A DNA stretch of 32,000 bases from Longivirga aurantiaca (lineage in GTDB: Bacteria; Actinomycetota; Actinomycetes; S36-B12; CAIYMF01): positions 1,419,876-1,451,875 of the forward strand of contig NZ_JBHSTI010000008.1 in the NCBI RefSeq assembly GCF_042660085.1, in the 5' to 3' direction. Below are positions 18,625-26,756 of the stretch, in pieces. The notes below the pieces were generated by a model. The model ran no database searches, was not told the DNA's origin, and was given only the letters and a program-made list of their open reading frames with translations. Position 1 is the stretch's first letter, and every line of letters begins with the position of its first letter. A program made the translations under genes and the position numbers.

Positions 18625-21302
18625 TGGACTCCGCCGAGATCCGTAGCCGCTTCCTGCGGTTCTTCGCCGACCGCGGGCACACGCCCGTGCCGTCGGCGTC
18701 GCTGCTCCTCGACGACCCGACGCTGCTGTTCGTGAACGCCGGCATGGTGCCGTTCAAGCCCTACTTCCTCGGCGAGGCGCCGGCTCCGTACGACCGCGCG
18801 ACGTCGGTGCAGAAGTGCGTGCGCACCCTCGACATCGACGAGGTGGGCAAGACCACGCGGCACGCGTCGTTCTTCCAGATGGCCGGCAACTTCAGCTTCG
18901 GCGACTACTTCAAGGAGGGGGCCATCCCGTTCGCGTGGGAGCTGCTCACCTCCTCGGAGGCCGACGGCGGCTACGGCTTCCCCGAGGACAGGCTCTGGGC
19001 GACCGTGTACGACGACGACGACGAGGCCCTCGACATCTGGCACCGCGTCGTCGGCGTCCCCCTCGAGCGGATCCAGCGCCGGGACGCGAAGGACAACTAC
19101 TGGTCGATGGGCGTCCCCGGCCCCGGCGGCCCGTGCTCGGAGATCTACTACGACCGCGGCCCGGAGCACGGCAAGGAGGGCGGTCCCGTCGCCGACGAGG
19201 ACCGCTACCTCGAGGTGTGGAACCTCGTCTTCATGCAGGACGAGCTGTCAGCCGTCCGCAGCAAGACCGACTTCGACGTCCGCCAGCCGCTGCCGGCGAA
19301 GAACATCGACACCGGCATGGGCCTCGAGCGGATGGCCGCGCTGCTGCAGGGCGTCGACAACATCTACGAGATCGACACCACCAAGATGATCCTCGACCGC
19401 GCGGTGGCTCTGTCGGGCGCGCGGTACGGCGCGGGCAGCAGAGACGACGACGTGCGCCTGCGCGTGGTCGCCGACCATGCCCGCACGGTGGCCTTCCTCA
19501 TGCAGGACGGCGTCCTCCCGGGCAACGAGGGCCGCGGCTACGTGCTGCGCCGCATCCTGCGCCGCGTCGTCCGCAACATGCGGCTGCTCGGCTCGAACGA
19601 CCCGGTGATGGGCGAGCTCATCTCCGCCTCGGTCGACGCCATGGGCCCGCAGTACCCCGAGCTCGTCGACGACCTCGGCCGTCTCGTCTCCATCGCGGAG
19701 AACGAGGAGGCGGTGTTCGCCGAGACGCTCCGCACCGGCACGACGCTGTTCGACACCGCCGTGGCCGACCTGCAGAGGAAGGGCGGCACCACCCTCGCGG
19801 GCGACGCCGCGTTCGCGCTGCACGACACGTTCGGCTTCCCCATCGACCTCACGCTGGAGATGGCGGCCGAGAAGGGGATCGAGGTCGACCAGGACGGCTT
19901 CCGCCGCCTCATGACCGAGCAGCGCGACCGCGCCAAGGCCGACGCCAAGGCGCGCAAGGCCGGTCTCACGCCCCTGACGGTCTACAAGGACGTCATGGAC
20001 GCCGCCGGCATCACGGCGTTCACCGGCTACGACGAGGTCGTCTCCGAGGCGACGCTGCGCGGGATCCTCGTCGACGGCGAGGACGTCCGGAGCGCCCGCG
20101 AGGGCACCTCGGTCGAGGTCGTGCTCGACCGCAGCCCGTTCTACGCCGAGGGCGGCGGCCAGCTGGCCGATGCCGGCCTCATCACGCTCGCGGACGGCTC
20201 TGTCGTCGAGATCGCCGATGTCCAGCAGCCCGTTCCCGGTCTCTACGTGCACCGCGGTCGCGTCGTGTCCGGCGAGGCGGTCGTGGGCCAGGCCGCCGTC
20301 GGCCGGGTCGACCTCGAGCGCCGCCGTGCGATCTCGCGCGCGCACACGGCCACGCACCTGGTGCACAAGGCGTTCCGCGACGCGCTCGGCGAGACCGCCA
20401 CGCAGATGGGCTCGGAGAACTCGCCGGGCAGGTTCCGCTTCGACTTCCCGCTCTCGGGCGCTGTCCCGGCCTCGGTCATGGCCGACGTCGAGGCGCGGGT
20501 CAACGACGTCCTCGCCGAGGACCTCGCCGTGACCGCGGAGATCATGAGCCAGGAGCAGGCCCGGGCGGCCGGCGCCATGGCGCTGTTCGGCGAGAAGTAC
20601 GGCGACAAGGTCCGCGTGGTCTCGGTCGGCGACTGGGCCCGCGAGCTCTGCGGTGGCACCCACGCCCAGCGCTCCGGCCAGGTCGGGCTGGTCAAGTTCC
20701 TGTCCGAGGGCTCGATCGGCACCGGCGTGCGCCGGGTCGAGGCCCTCGTCGGCACCGACGCCTACCGGTTCCTCGCGCGCGAGCACCTGCTGGTGGCCCA
20801 GCTCGCCGAGATCGTGAAGGCGCGCCCGGAGGAGCTGCCGGAGCGGGTCGACGCGATCCTCACCAAGCTCAAGGACGCCGAGCGGGAGATCGCGAAGGTC
20901 CGTTCGGCCAGCCTCGTGGCGAACCTCGAGGGCATCCTCGGCAACGCGCAGGAGGTCGGCCAGGTGCGGCTCTGGACCTTCACCGCCCCTGACGGCACCG
21001 ACGCCGGCGGCCTGCGCGAGCTGGTCACCAAGGGTCGGGACGCCGCTCGGCAGGAGATCCCGTCGGTCGTGCTCGGCGCGGCGATCTCGGACGGCAAGGT
21101 GAGCGTGGTCGTCGCGACCAACGCGGCCGGCCGCGCGGCCGGTGCGTCCGCGAACTCCGTGCTGCAGGCGGCGCTCGCCGCGGTGGGCGGCCGAGGCGGC
21201 GGCAAGGACGACATGGCCCAGGGCGGCGGCACCGACGTCACCGGCGTGCAGGCGGCCTTCGCGGCCGCGGCCGGTGCCGTCCGGGCTGCCGTGGGGGCGT
21301 GA
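18624..21302 (+). CDS. alaS: Alanine--tRNA ligase
   Basis: MDSAEIRSRFLRFFADRGHTPVPSASLLLDDPTLLFVNAGMVPFKPYFLG; HTATHLVHKAFRDALG; ELCGGTHAQRSGQVGLVKF. Confidence 0.98.
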   Translation: MDSAEIRSRFLRFFADRGHTPVPSASLLLDDPTLLFVNAGMVPFKPYFLGEAPAPYDRATSVQKCVRTLDIDEVGKTTRHASFFQMAGNFSFGDYFKEGAIPFAWELLTSSEADGGYGFPEDRLWATVYDDDDEALDIWHRVVGVPLERIQRRDAKDNYWSMGVPGPGGPCSEIYYDRGPEHGKEGGPVADEDRYLEVWNLVFMQDELSAVRSKTDFDVRQPLPAKNIDTGMGLERMAALLQGVDNIYEIDTTKMILDRAVALSGARYGAGSRDDDVRLRVVADHARTVAFLMQDGVLPGNEGRGYVLRRILRRVVRNMRLLGSNDPVMGELISASVDAMGPQYPELVDDLGRLVSIAENEEAVFAETLRTGTTLFDTAVADLQRKGGTTLAGDAAFALHDTFGFPIDLTLEMAAEKGIEVDQDGFRRLMTEQRDRAKADAKARKAGLTPLTVYKDVMDAAGITAFTGYDEVVSEATLRGILVDGEDVRSAREGTSVEVVLDRSPFYAEGGGQLADAGLITLADGSVVEIADVQQPVPGLYVHRGRVVSGEAVVGQAAVGRVDLERRRAISRAHTATHLVHKAFRDALGETATQMGSENSPGRFRFDFPLSGAVPASVMADVEARVNDVLAEDLAVTAEIMSQEQARAAGAMALFGEKYGDKVRVVSVGDWARELCGGTHAQRSGQVGLVKFLSEGSIGTGVRRVEALVGTDAYRFLAREHLLVAQLAEIVKARPEELPERVDAILTKLKDAEREIAKVRSASLVANLEGILGNAQEVGQVRLWTFTAPDGTDAGGLRELVTKGRDAARQEIPSVVLGAAISDGKVSVVVATNAAGRAAGASANSVLQAALAAVGGRGGGKDDMAQGGGTDVTGVQAAFAAAAGAVRAAVGA

Positions 21303-21820
21303 CGTCGCCCACAGACGCCGGATTCCGGCGGGGGATCCGGATCGGCGTGGACGTGGGATCCGTCCGAGTGGGCGTGTCCCGCACCGACCCTGACGGCCTC
21401 CTGGCCGTGCCCGTCGCGACCCTCGACCGCCCCAAGGCGGTCGCGGCGCCGCGCACGGACCTGCTCGGCGTCGCCGACCTGGTGGGGGAGTACGAGCCCC
21501 TCGAGGTGGTCGTGGGCCTGCCTCTGACGCTCGAGGGCGTCGAGGGCCCTGCCACCGAGGCCGTCCGTGCGTGGGTGGCCGACCTGCACCGCGAGCTCGC
21601 CCGACGGGGAACTTCCGTGCCGGTGCGGCTCGTCGACGAACGGATGACCACCGCCGCCGTCACCAAGAGCCTGCGCGCCGCAGGTCGCGACGCGCGCAGC
21701 AGCCGTGCCGTGGTCGACCAGGCCGCGGCTGTCATGATCGTCCAGCACGCGCTCGACGCCGAGCGCGCCACAGGTGCCCCGCCGGGCACCCTCGCGGAGC
21801 CCCCGGAGGACCTCGCATGA
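21299..21820 (+). CDS. ruvX: Holliday junction resolvase-like protein RuvX/YqgF
   Basis: RIGVDVGSVRVGVSRTDPDGLLAVPVATL, VVVGLPLTLEG, LVDERMTT; overlaps alaS stop. Confidence 0.9.
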   Translation: MTSPTDAGFRRGIRIGVDVGSVRVGVSRTDPDGLLAVPVATLDRPKAVAAPRTDLLGVADLVGEYEPLEVVVGLPLTLEGVEGPATEAVRAWVADLHRELARRGTSVPVRLVDERMTTAAVTKSLRAAGRDARSSRAVVDQAAAVMIVQHALDAERATGAPPGTLAEPPEDLA

Positions 21821-22899
21821 GCCAGCTCGGACTCGGGATGGACTACGACGAGCCCAGCACCCGTCGTCGCCGCAGCTCGGGGCCGCTCGCGGTGCTCGTG
21901 GCCTTCCTCATGCTGGCGGTGATCGGCGTCGGAGCCTTCCTCGGCATCCGGTCGCTCACCGGCAGCGGGAGCGGCGATTTCGAGGGCGAGGGCTCCGGCA
22001 GCGTCACGATCGTGGTCGCCAAGGGCGACTCCCTCACCGCGATCGGCCGGACGCTGGCCGACGCCGAGGTCGTGGCGTCCTCCGACGCCTTCGTCGGGGC
22101 GGCCTCGTCCGACGACCGGGCCGAGAGCATCGCGCCCGGCGCCTACCAGCTGCGGAAGGGGATGAGCGGCGCCGCGGCGCTCGAGCTCATGCTCGACCCG
22201 GCCTCCCGTCTGGTGCAGAAGGTCGTCGTTCCCGAGGGTCTGCGCTTCGAGAAGACGATCGTGCGGATCACCAAGGGCACCGACCTCACCGAGGACCAGG
22301 TCAAGGAGGCGCTGTCGCGTGCCGGTGCGCTCGGGCTGCCGGCGTACGCCGAGGGCAGCGTCGAGGGCTTCCTGTTCCCGGCTACCTACGAGTTCCAGCC
22401 CGGGGTCGACGCCGACACCGTGGTCAAGGCCATGCTCACCCGGTTCCGGGTCGCGGCCAAGGAGGTCGACCTCGTCGCCGAGGCCAAGAAGCGCAAGCTC
22501 ACGCCGTTCGAGGTGGTCGTGATCGCGAGCCTCGTCCAGGGCGAGAGCGCGCCGGAGGACTACGACAAGGTCGCGCGCGTGGTGTTCAACCGCCTCGAGC
22601 AGGGCATGCCGCTGCAGTTCGACTCCACCGTCAACTACGCGCTCGGCAAGAGCGACCTGCAGCTCTCCGCCGAGGACCTGAAGACCGACAGCCCGTACAA
22701 CACCTACGTGAACAAGGGCCTCCCGCCGGGCCCGATCAACTCGCCCGGCGAGGCCGCGCTCACCGCGGTGCTGAACCCCGCCAAGGGCGACTGGCTCTAC
22801 TTCGTGACCACCGACCCGGACACCCGGACCACGGAGTTCGCCACCACGTACGACGAGTTCCTCGTGCTGAAGCGCAAGTTCCAGGAAAACGTCGGCTAG
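21817..22899 (+). CDS. mltG: Endolytic transglycosylase MltG
   Basis: In-frame part of ORF 21571..22899 from ATG at 21817; single TM (GPLAVLVAFLMLAVIGVGAFL), VVPEGLRFEKTIVRI, EGFLFPATYEF, VVIASLVQGES, SPYNTYVNKGLPPGPINSPGEAAL. Confidence 0.95.
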   Translation: MSQLGLGMDYDEPSTRRRRSSGPLAVLVAFLMLAVIGVGAFLGIRSLTGSGSGDFEGEGSGSVTIVVAKGDSLTAIGRTLADAEVVASSDAFVGAASSDDRAESIAPGAYQLRKGMSGAAALELMLDPASRLVQKVVVPEGLRFEKTIVRITKGTDLTEDQVKEALSRAGALGLPAYAEGSVEGFLFPATYEFQPGVDADTVVKAMLTRFRVAAKEVDLVAEAKKRKLTPFEVVVIASLVQGESAPEDYDKVARVVFNRLEQGMPLQFDSTVNYALGKSDLQLSAEDLKTDSPYNTYVNKGLPPGPINSPGEAALTAVLNPAKGDWLYFVTTDPDTRTTEFATTYDEFLVLKRKFQENVG

Positions 22900-22904
22900 C
22901 GACG

Positions 22905-23750
22905 ATGTCGGCTGGACGCAGGCGGGCGGCGGTGCTGGGGCACCCGGTCGCCCACTCGCTCTCCCCGGTGCTGCACCGGGCCGCGTACTCCGCCCTCGGG
23001 CTCGACTGGGACTACGGCCTGCACGACGTCACCGAGGACGGCCTCGCCGGCTTCGTGGCAGCCCTGGACGACTCCTGGGCGGGGTTCTCGCTCACGATGC
23101 CGCTCAAGGAGGCCGTGATCCCGCTGCTGGACGACGTCGACCTCGTCGCCCTCGCCACGGGCGCGGTCAACACCGTCGTGCTCGACCGGGACGGCCGGCA
23201 CGGCTGGAACACCGACGTGCACGGGATCGTGGCCGCTCTGGACGAGCAGGGGGCCGCAGCCTCGACCGGCGCCGTGCTCGGCGCCGGGGCCACCGCCCGT
23301 TCGGCGGTCGCCGCCCTTGCCCGCCGCGGCACGACCGACGTCGTCCTGGTCGCGCGCCGGCCCGAGGCCGCTGCGGCGGTCCTCGCCACCGCGCTGCAGG
23401 TCGGCGTGGCCGTGGAGGTGCTCGGCTGGGACTCGGTGCCGGACGCGCTCGAGGCCGACTGCGTGGTGTCGACAGTGCCGACCGGGGTCGTCGACCCGTT
23501 CGCGCCGGGCGTGACCGCCGCCGGTGGCCCTCGAGGCTGCCTGCTCGACGTCGTCTACGACCCCTGGCCCACCCCGCTGGCAGCCGCCTGGGCCGCCGCG
23601 GGCGGCAGCGTGGCGTCGGGCCTCGACATGCTCCTGCACCAGGCCGTGCGCCAGGTCGAGCTCATGACCGGGCTGACCCCGCCCATCGAGGCGATGCGGT
23701 CAGCGCTGGCAGCAGCGGCCGCTGCTCGAGGGGCCTCCGGAGCGGGCTGA
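22905..23750 (+). CDS. aroE: Shikimate dehydrogenase family protein
   Basis: In-frame part of ORF 21774..23750 from ATG at 22905; AAVLGHPVAHSLSPVLHRAAYSALGLDWDY, FSLTMPLKEAVIPLLD, NTDVHGI, VLGAGATARSAVAAL. Confidence 0.9.
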   Translation: MSAGRRRAAVLGHPVAHSLSPVLHRAAYSALGLDWDYGLHDVTEDGLAGFVAALDDSWAGFSLTMPLKEAVIPLLDDVDLVALATGAVNTVVLDRDGRHGWNTDVHGIVAALDEQGAAASTGAVLGAGATARSAVAALARRGTTDVVLVARRPEAAAAVLATALQVGVAVEVLGWDSVPDALEADCVVSTVPTGVVDPFAPGVTAAGGPRGCLLDVVYDPWPTPLAAAWAAAGGSVASGLDMLLHQAVRQVELMTGLTPPIEAMRSALAAAAAARGASGAG

Positions 23751-23773
23751 GCGAGGGCAGAAGCGCCGCGGGG

Positions 23774-23802
23774 CTCAAGCCGGGCCTCCCAGGCGCCGAA
23801 AG
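23774..23802 (+). promoter_or_regulatory. Candidate FliA/WhiG-type promoter before Roadblock-DUF4388-GTPase operon
   Basis: CTCAAG-N15-GCCGAAAG, same layout as motifs at 26657 and 28475; located between aroE and the Roadblock gene. Confidence 0.6.
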
Positions 23803-23853
23803 CATGCTCGGAGGGTCATCTGACCTCCGTCCTGCGACTCGTCGAGGTGTCCC

Positions 23854-24432
23854 ATGTCCGGCCAGCTCCCCTCCACCGGTCGCGCGGCCCGACTCGATCG
23901 TGCGCTCGCCGACCTCCTGGCCCAGGCTCCCGAGCTCGAGGCGGCCGCCGTGGTGTCCTTCGACGGGCTCGCGATGGCCTCGCGGCTGCCGTCCGGCATG
24001 GACGAGGACCGCGTGGCGGCGATGAGCGCCGCGCTCCTCAGCCTCGGCGAGAAGGCCGCGCAGGGCCTCGGTCGCGGCGACCTCTCCCAGGTGTACGTCG
24101 AGGGCGAGTCCGGCACCGTCTTCCTGATCTCCGCCGACGACGAGGCAGTCCTGGTCGCCGTCGCCGCAGCCGGCGCCAAGGCCGGGCTCATGCTCTACGA
24201 GGTCCGCCGCGCCGCGTCCGCCGTCGGCCAGGTGCTGCGCGAGGCCGCCCCCGTCGTCGCCGAGCCGACCGTGGACGAGCAGGCGCTGGCCGAGGCGGAG
24301 GCCGCGTACGAGGCCTACCGCGCCTCGCAGGCGGTGGCGCCCATGGTCGACGCACCCCCTGCCCCGGACCCGGTCCCCGCGTGGGACCCCTACGCCACCG
24401 AGCCCGTCTCCTCCGTCCGATCCTGGTCCTGA
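23854..24432 (+). CDS. Roadblock/LC7 domain protein (MglB-like)
   Basis: LDRALADLLAQAPELEAAAVVSFDGLAMASRLPSGMDEDRVAAMSAALLSLGEKAAQGLGRGDLSQVYVEGESGTVFLISADDEAVLVAVAAAGAKAGLMLYEVRRAA. Confidence 0.85.
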   Translation: MSGQLPSTGRAARLDRALADLLAQAPELEAAAVVSFDGLAMASRLPSGMDEDRVAAMSAALLSLGEKAAQGLGRGDLSQVYVEGESGTVFLISADDEAVLVAVAAAGAKAGLMLYEVRRAASAVGQVLREAAPVVAEPTVDEQALAEAEAAYEAYRASQAVAPMVDAPPAPDPVPAWDPYATEPVSSVRSWS

Positions 24433-24467
24433 CCGGTTCCCACCACCACTGAAGGAGGGGCGCACCC

Positions 24468-25742
24468 GTGAAGCTCGAGGGCTCCCTCGACGCGTTCGGT
24501 CTCCCTGACGTCGTCACGCTGCTCGCGACGACCGGCAAGACCGGCGGTCTGCTGCTGCGCCGGACGGGCGACGACCGAACCATGACCGAGGGTGCGGTCT
24601 GGTTCCGTGACGGCCGCGTGTGCGGTGCGACGTCGGACCGGTCGCGCGCGTCCCTGGTACGCCGGGTGGTGGGCTCCGGCGCCGTGGACGACAACGCCCT
24701 GCGCCAGGCCGTCTCGCGAGCCGTGTCCGCTGGTGGGGGAGTGGCACGTGCCCTCCTCGAGTCGGGATCGGTCGACCCCGACCTCCTGCGCCAGGCCGCG
24801 GACGACCAGACCGTGGATGCCGTCTTCGACCTCCTGCGCTGGAGCGCGGGCGACTTCGCCTTCGACCCGGGCGCCTCCGACCCCGACGACATCGGGCTGG
24901 CCGTCGAGCACGGGCGGGTGCTGGCCGAGGCCCGCGCCCGTGTCGAGGCCTGGGCCTCGCTCATCGTGGTCATCCCCAGCGTGGACTCCGTGCTGACCGT
25001 GCCCACGGTGCTCGGCCACGACCCCGAGGTGTCGCGCGACGAGTGGGCGCTGCTGTCCCTCGTGGACGGGCACCGCCGTGTCGGCGACCTGGTGGAGCTC
25101 ACCGGGGCGGGCGAGTTCGCCGTCACCACCATCCTGGCCCGCCTGGCCCAGCGCGGGCTCCTGCACGTGAAGGACGCCGCGGCCCCCGACCACGTCGCCA
25201 TCGTGGAGCGCCGGCTCGGCATGCTCGCCTCGATCGAAGGGTCCTCGCCCGCGGTGCCCGAGGCGCCGCAGCAGCAGCAGCCCGTGGCCGTCGAGGAGCC
25301 TGTCGCCGGGCCCGGCGCCCAGGGCATGTCTGCGGCCGCTGCCCTCGCCGCAGCCCGTGCGGCACAGGGACTCCCGCAGTCCGGCAACCCCGGATCCGGG
25401 GCGAAGAGGACACCGCGGCACGAGGTCGTGCCGCCACGTCCGGAGCCCTTCCTGCCCGGACGACGCCCTGAGCACCCGGAGCCCGCTCCCGAGCGTGTCG
25501 CCGGTGCCTCGGCGCACCGCGCTACCCCGGCCTACTCCGCGCCGGCGTCTCCCGTGGGTGTCCCGTTCCCCGGCTCGATCGGCAGCCGCGCGGGCTCGGT
25601 CGAGGGAGCGACCGCCCGGTCGCTGGCCGATCCGGATCAGCTCCCGGCCCCGGACCCGCGGCACGACTCCACCATCGAGCGCGACCCCGCGATGAACCGC
25701 AGCCTGCTGCTGCGCCTCATCGCCGGCGTGAGGGGGCTCTGA
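24468..25742 (+). CDS. DUF4388 domain-containing protein (PatA-like N-terminal domain)
   Basis: MKLEGSLDAFGLPDVVTLLATTGKTGGLLLRR...GAVWFRDGRVCGATS, ADDQTVDAVFDLLRWSAGDFAFDP; SD aaggagg upstream. Confidence 0.85.
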   Translation: MKLEGSLDAFGLPDVVTLLATTGKTGGLLLRRTGDDRTMTEGAVWFRDGRVCGATSDRSRASLVRRVVGSGAVDDNALRQAVSRAVSAGGGVARALLESGSVDPDLLRQAADDQTVDAVFDLLRWSAGDFAFDPGASDPDDIGLAVEHGRVLAEARARVEAWASLIVVIPSVDSVLTVPTVLGHDPEVSRDEWALLSLVDGHRRVGDLVELTGAGEFAVTTILARLAQRGLLHVKDAAAPDHVAIVERRLGMLASIEGSSPAVPEAPQQQQPVAVEEPVAGPGAQGMSAAAALAAARAAQGLPQSGNPGSGAKRTPRHEVVPPRPEPFLPGRRPEHPEPAPERVAGASAHRATPAYSAPASPVGVPFPGSIGSRAGSVEGATARSLADPDQLPAPDPRHDSTIERDPAMNRSLLLRLIAGVRGL

Positions 25743-26317
25743 TGGCAGCGCGCAAGCACCGCCGACAGGGCGGCCAGGCCGTGAAGATCGTGGTCACCGG
25801 TCCGTTCGCGGCGGGCAAGACGACACTGATCCGCACGATCAGCGAGATCACGGTGCTCTCGACCGAGCGCGGCATCACCGACGACACCCGCACCCGCAAG
25901 CCCGAGACGACCGTGGCGATGGACTTCGGGCGCATCACGATCGACCGCGATCTGGTGCTCTACCTGTTCGGCACGCCCGGCCAGGAGCGCTTCGACTTCA
26001 TGTGGGAGATCCTCGGCGAGGGGATGCTCGGCTACGTCCTGCTCGTCGACGCGGACCGCCCCGAGACCCTCGGCGAGGCAGCAGGGATCCTGGCCGCCTT
26101 CCGCCGGATGGCGCACGTCCCCTTCGTCGTGGCGCTCAACCGCAGCGCCGAGGTCGACCCCCGGGCCGAGGATCTGGTCCGCGAGGCGCTCGAGCTGAGC
26201 CCGGGCACCCCGGTCGTCCCGTGCGACGCCACGGACAAGGACTCGGTCAAGGGCGTCCTGCTCGCGCTGCTCTACAGCGTGCTCGACGACATCGAAGCGA
26301 CCGCGGCCCACGCGTAG
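25742..26317 (+). CDS. Small Ras-like/MglA-like GTP/ATP-binding protein
   Basis: P-loop VVTGPFAAGKTTLIRTI, TVAMDFGRI, LYLFGTPGQERFDFMWEILGEGMLGYVLLVD; start overlaps the upstream stop codon. Confidence 0.9.
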   Translation: MAARKHRRQGGQAVKIVVTGPFAAGKTTLIRTISEITVLSTERGITDDTRTRKPETTVAMDFGRITIDRDLVLYLFGTPGQERFDFMWEILGEGMLGYVLLVDADRPETLGEAAGILAAFRRMAHVPFVVALNRSAEVDPRAEDLVREALELSPGTPVVPCDATDKDSVKGVLLALLYSVLDDIEATAAHA

Positions 26318-26326
26318 GAGGAGCCG

Positions 26327-26629
26327 ATGCGCCTGCTGCGATGGTCCCGTCGCCGTACCGAACCGGTCGGCCGGCATTCGCGCGTCCTGACGGGCATCAG
26401 CATGACGGGCGCCGCGGCGAGCCTCGTGAGCTCCACGGTCACCGCGGAGTCGGTCGTGGCCGAGGCCGAGGAGGTGGCCGCGTCCTCACGCTCGGTGACC
26501 GCCACGGGCGAGCCGGCGGTGACGCTGGGGTTCGCCGACGGCGCGAGCGTGGCGCTGGAGGCCGACGACCCTCGTGTGCGCACCTTCCGGGCGGCCGCGG
26601 CCGCCCTGCTCGACGCCCCGCGCCCCTGA
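26327..26629 (+). CDS. Small hypothetical protein
   Basis: Short ORF of 100 aa 10 nt downstream of the GTPase gene, preceded by aggagg. Confidence 0.55.
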   Translation: MRLLRWSRRRTEPVGRHSRVLTGISMTGAAASLVSSTVTAESVVAEAEEVAASSRSVTATGEPAVTLGFADGASVALEADDPRVRTFRAAAAALLDAPRP

Positions 26630-26656
26630 CGCGTCCGGCCCCGTCCGCCGTCCGGG

Positions 26657-26685
26657 CTACAGACGACCGCTCGCTGTGCCGAACA
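26657..26685 (+). promoter_or_regulatory. Candidate FliA/WhiG-type promoter before pilB
   Basis: CTACAG-N15-GCCGAACA, one-to-two substitutions from the copies at 23774 and 28475 and identical spacing. Confidence 0.5.
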
Positions 26686-26756
26686 GGTGAAGGGGAGCCT
26701 GGTGCTCCCGCGAGACCCGGCCGCCGCCGGGGACGTCCGAGCCGGGAGAACGCATC

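Noticed and set aside
23810-23828. Small hairpin GGAGGGTC/GACCTCC in the Roadblock leader as a possible riboswitch
   Set aside because: Short stem with a bulge and no match to any riboswitch consensus I know; not enough to support a call.
26693-26709. GGGAGC-CTGGT-GCTCCC hairpin in the pilB leader
   Set aside because: Only a 6-bp stem; plausible by chance at this GC content and no conserved riboswitch signature seen.
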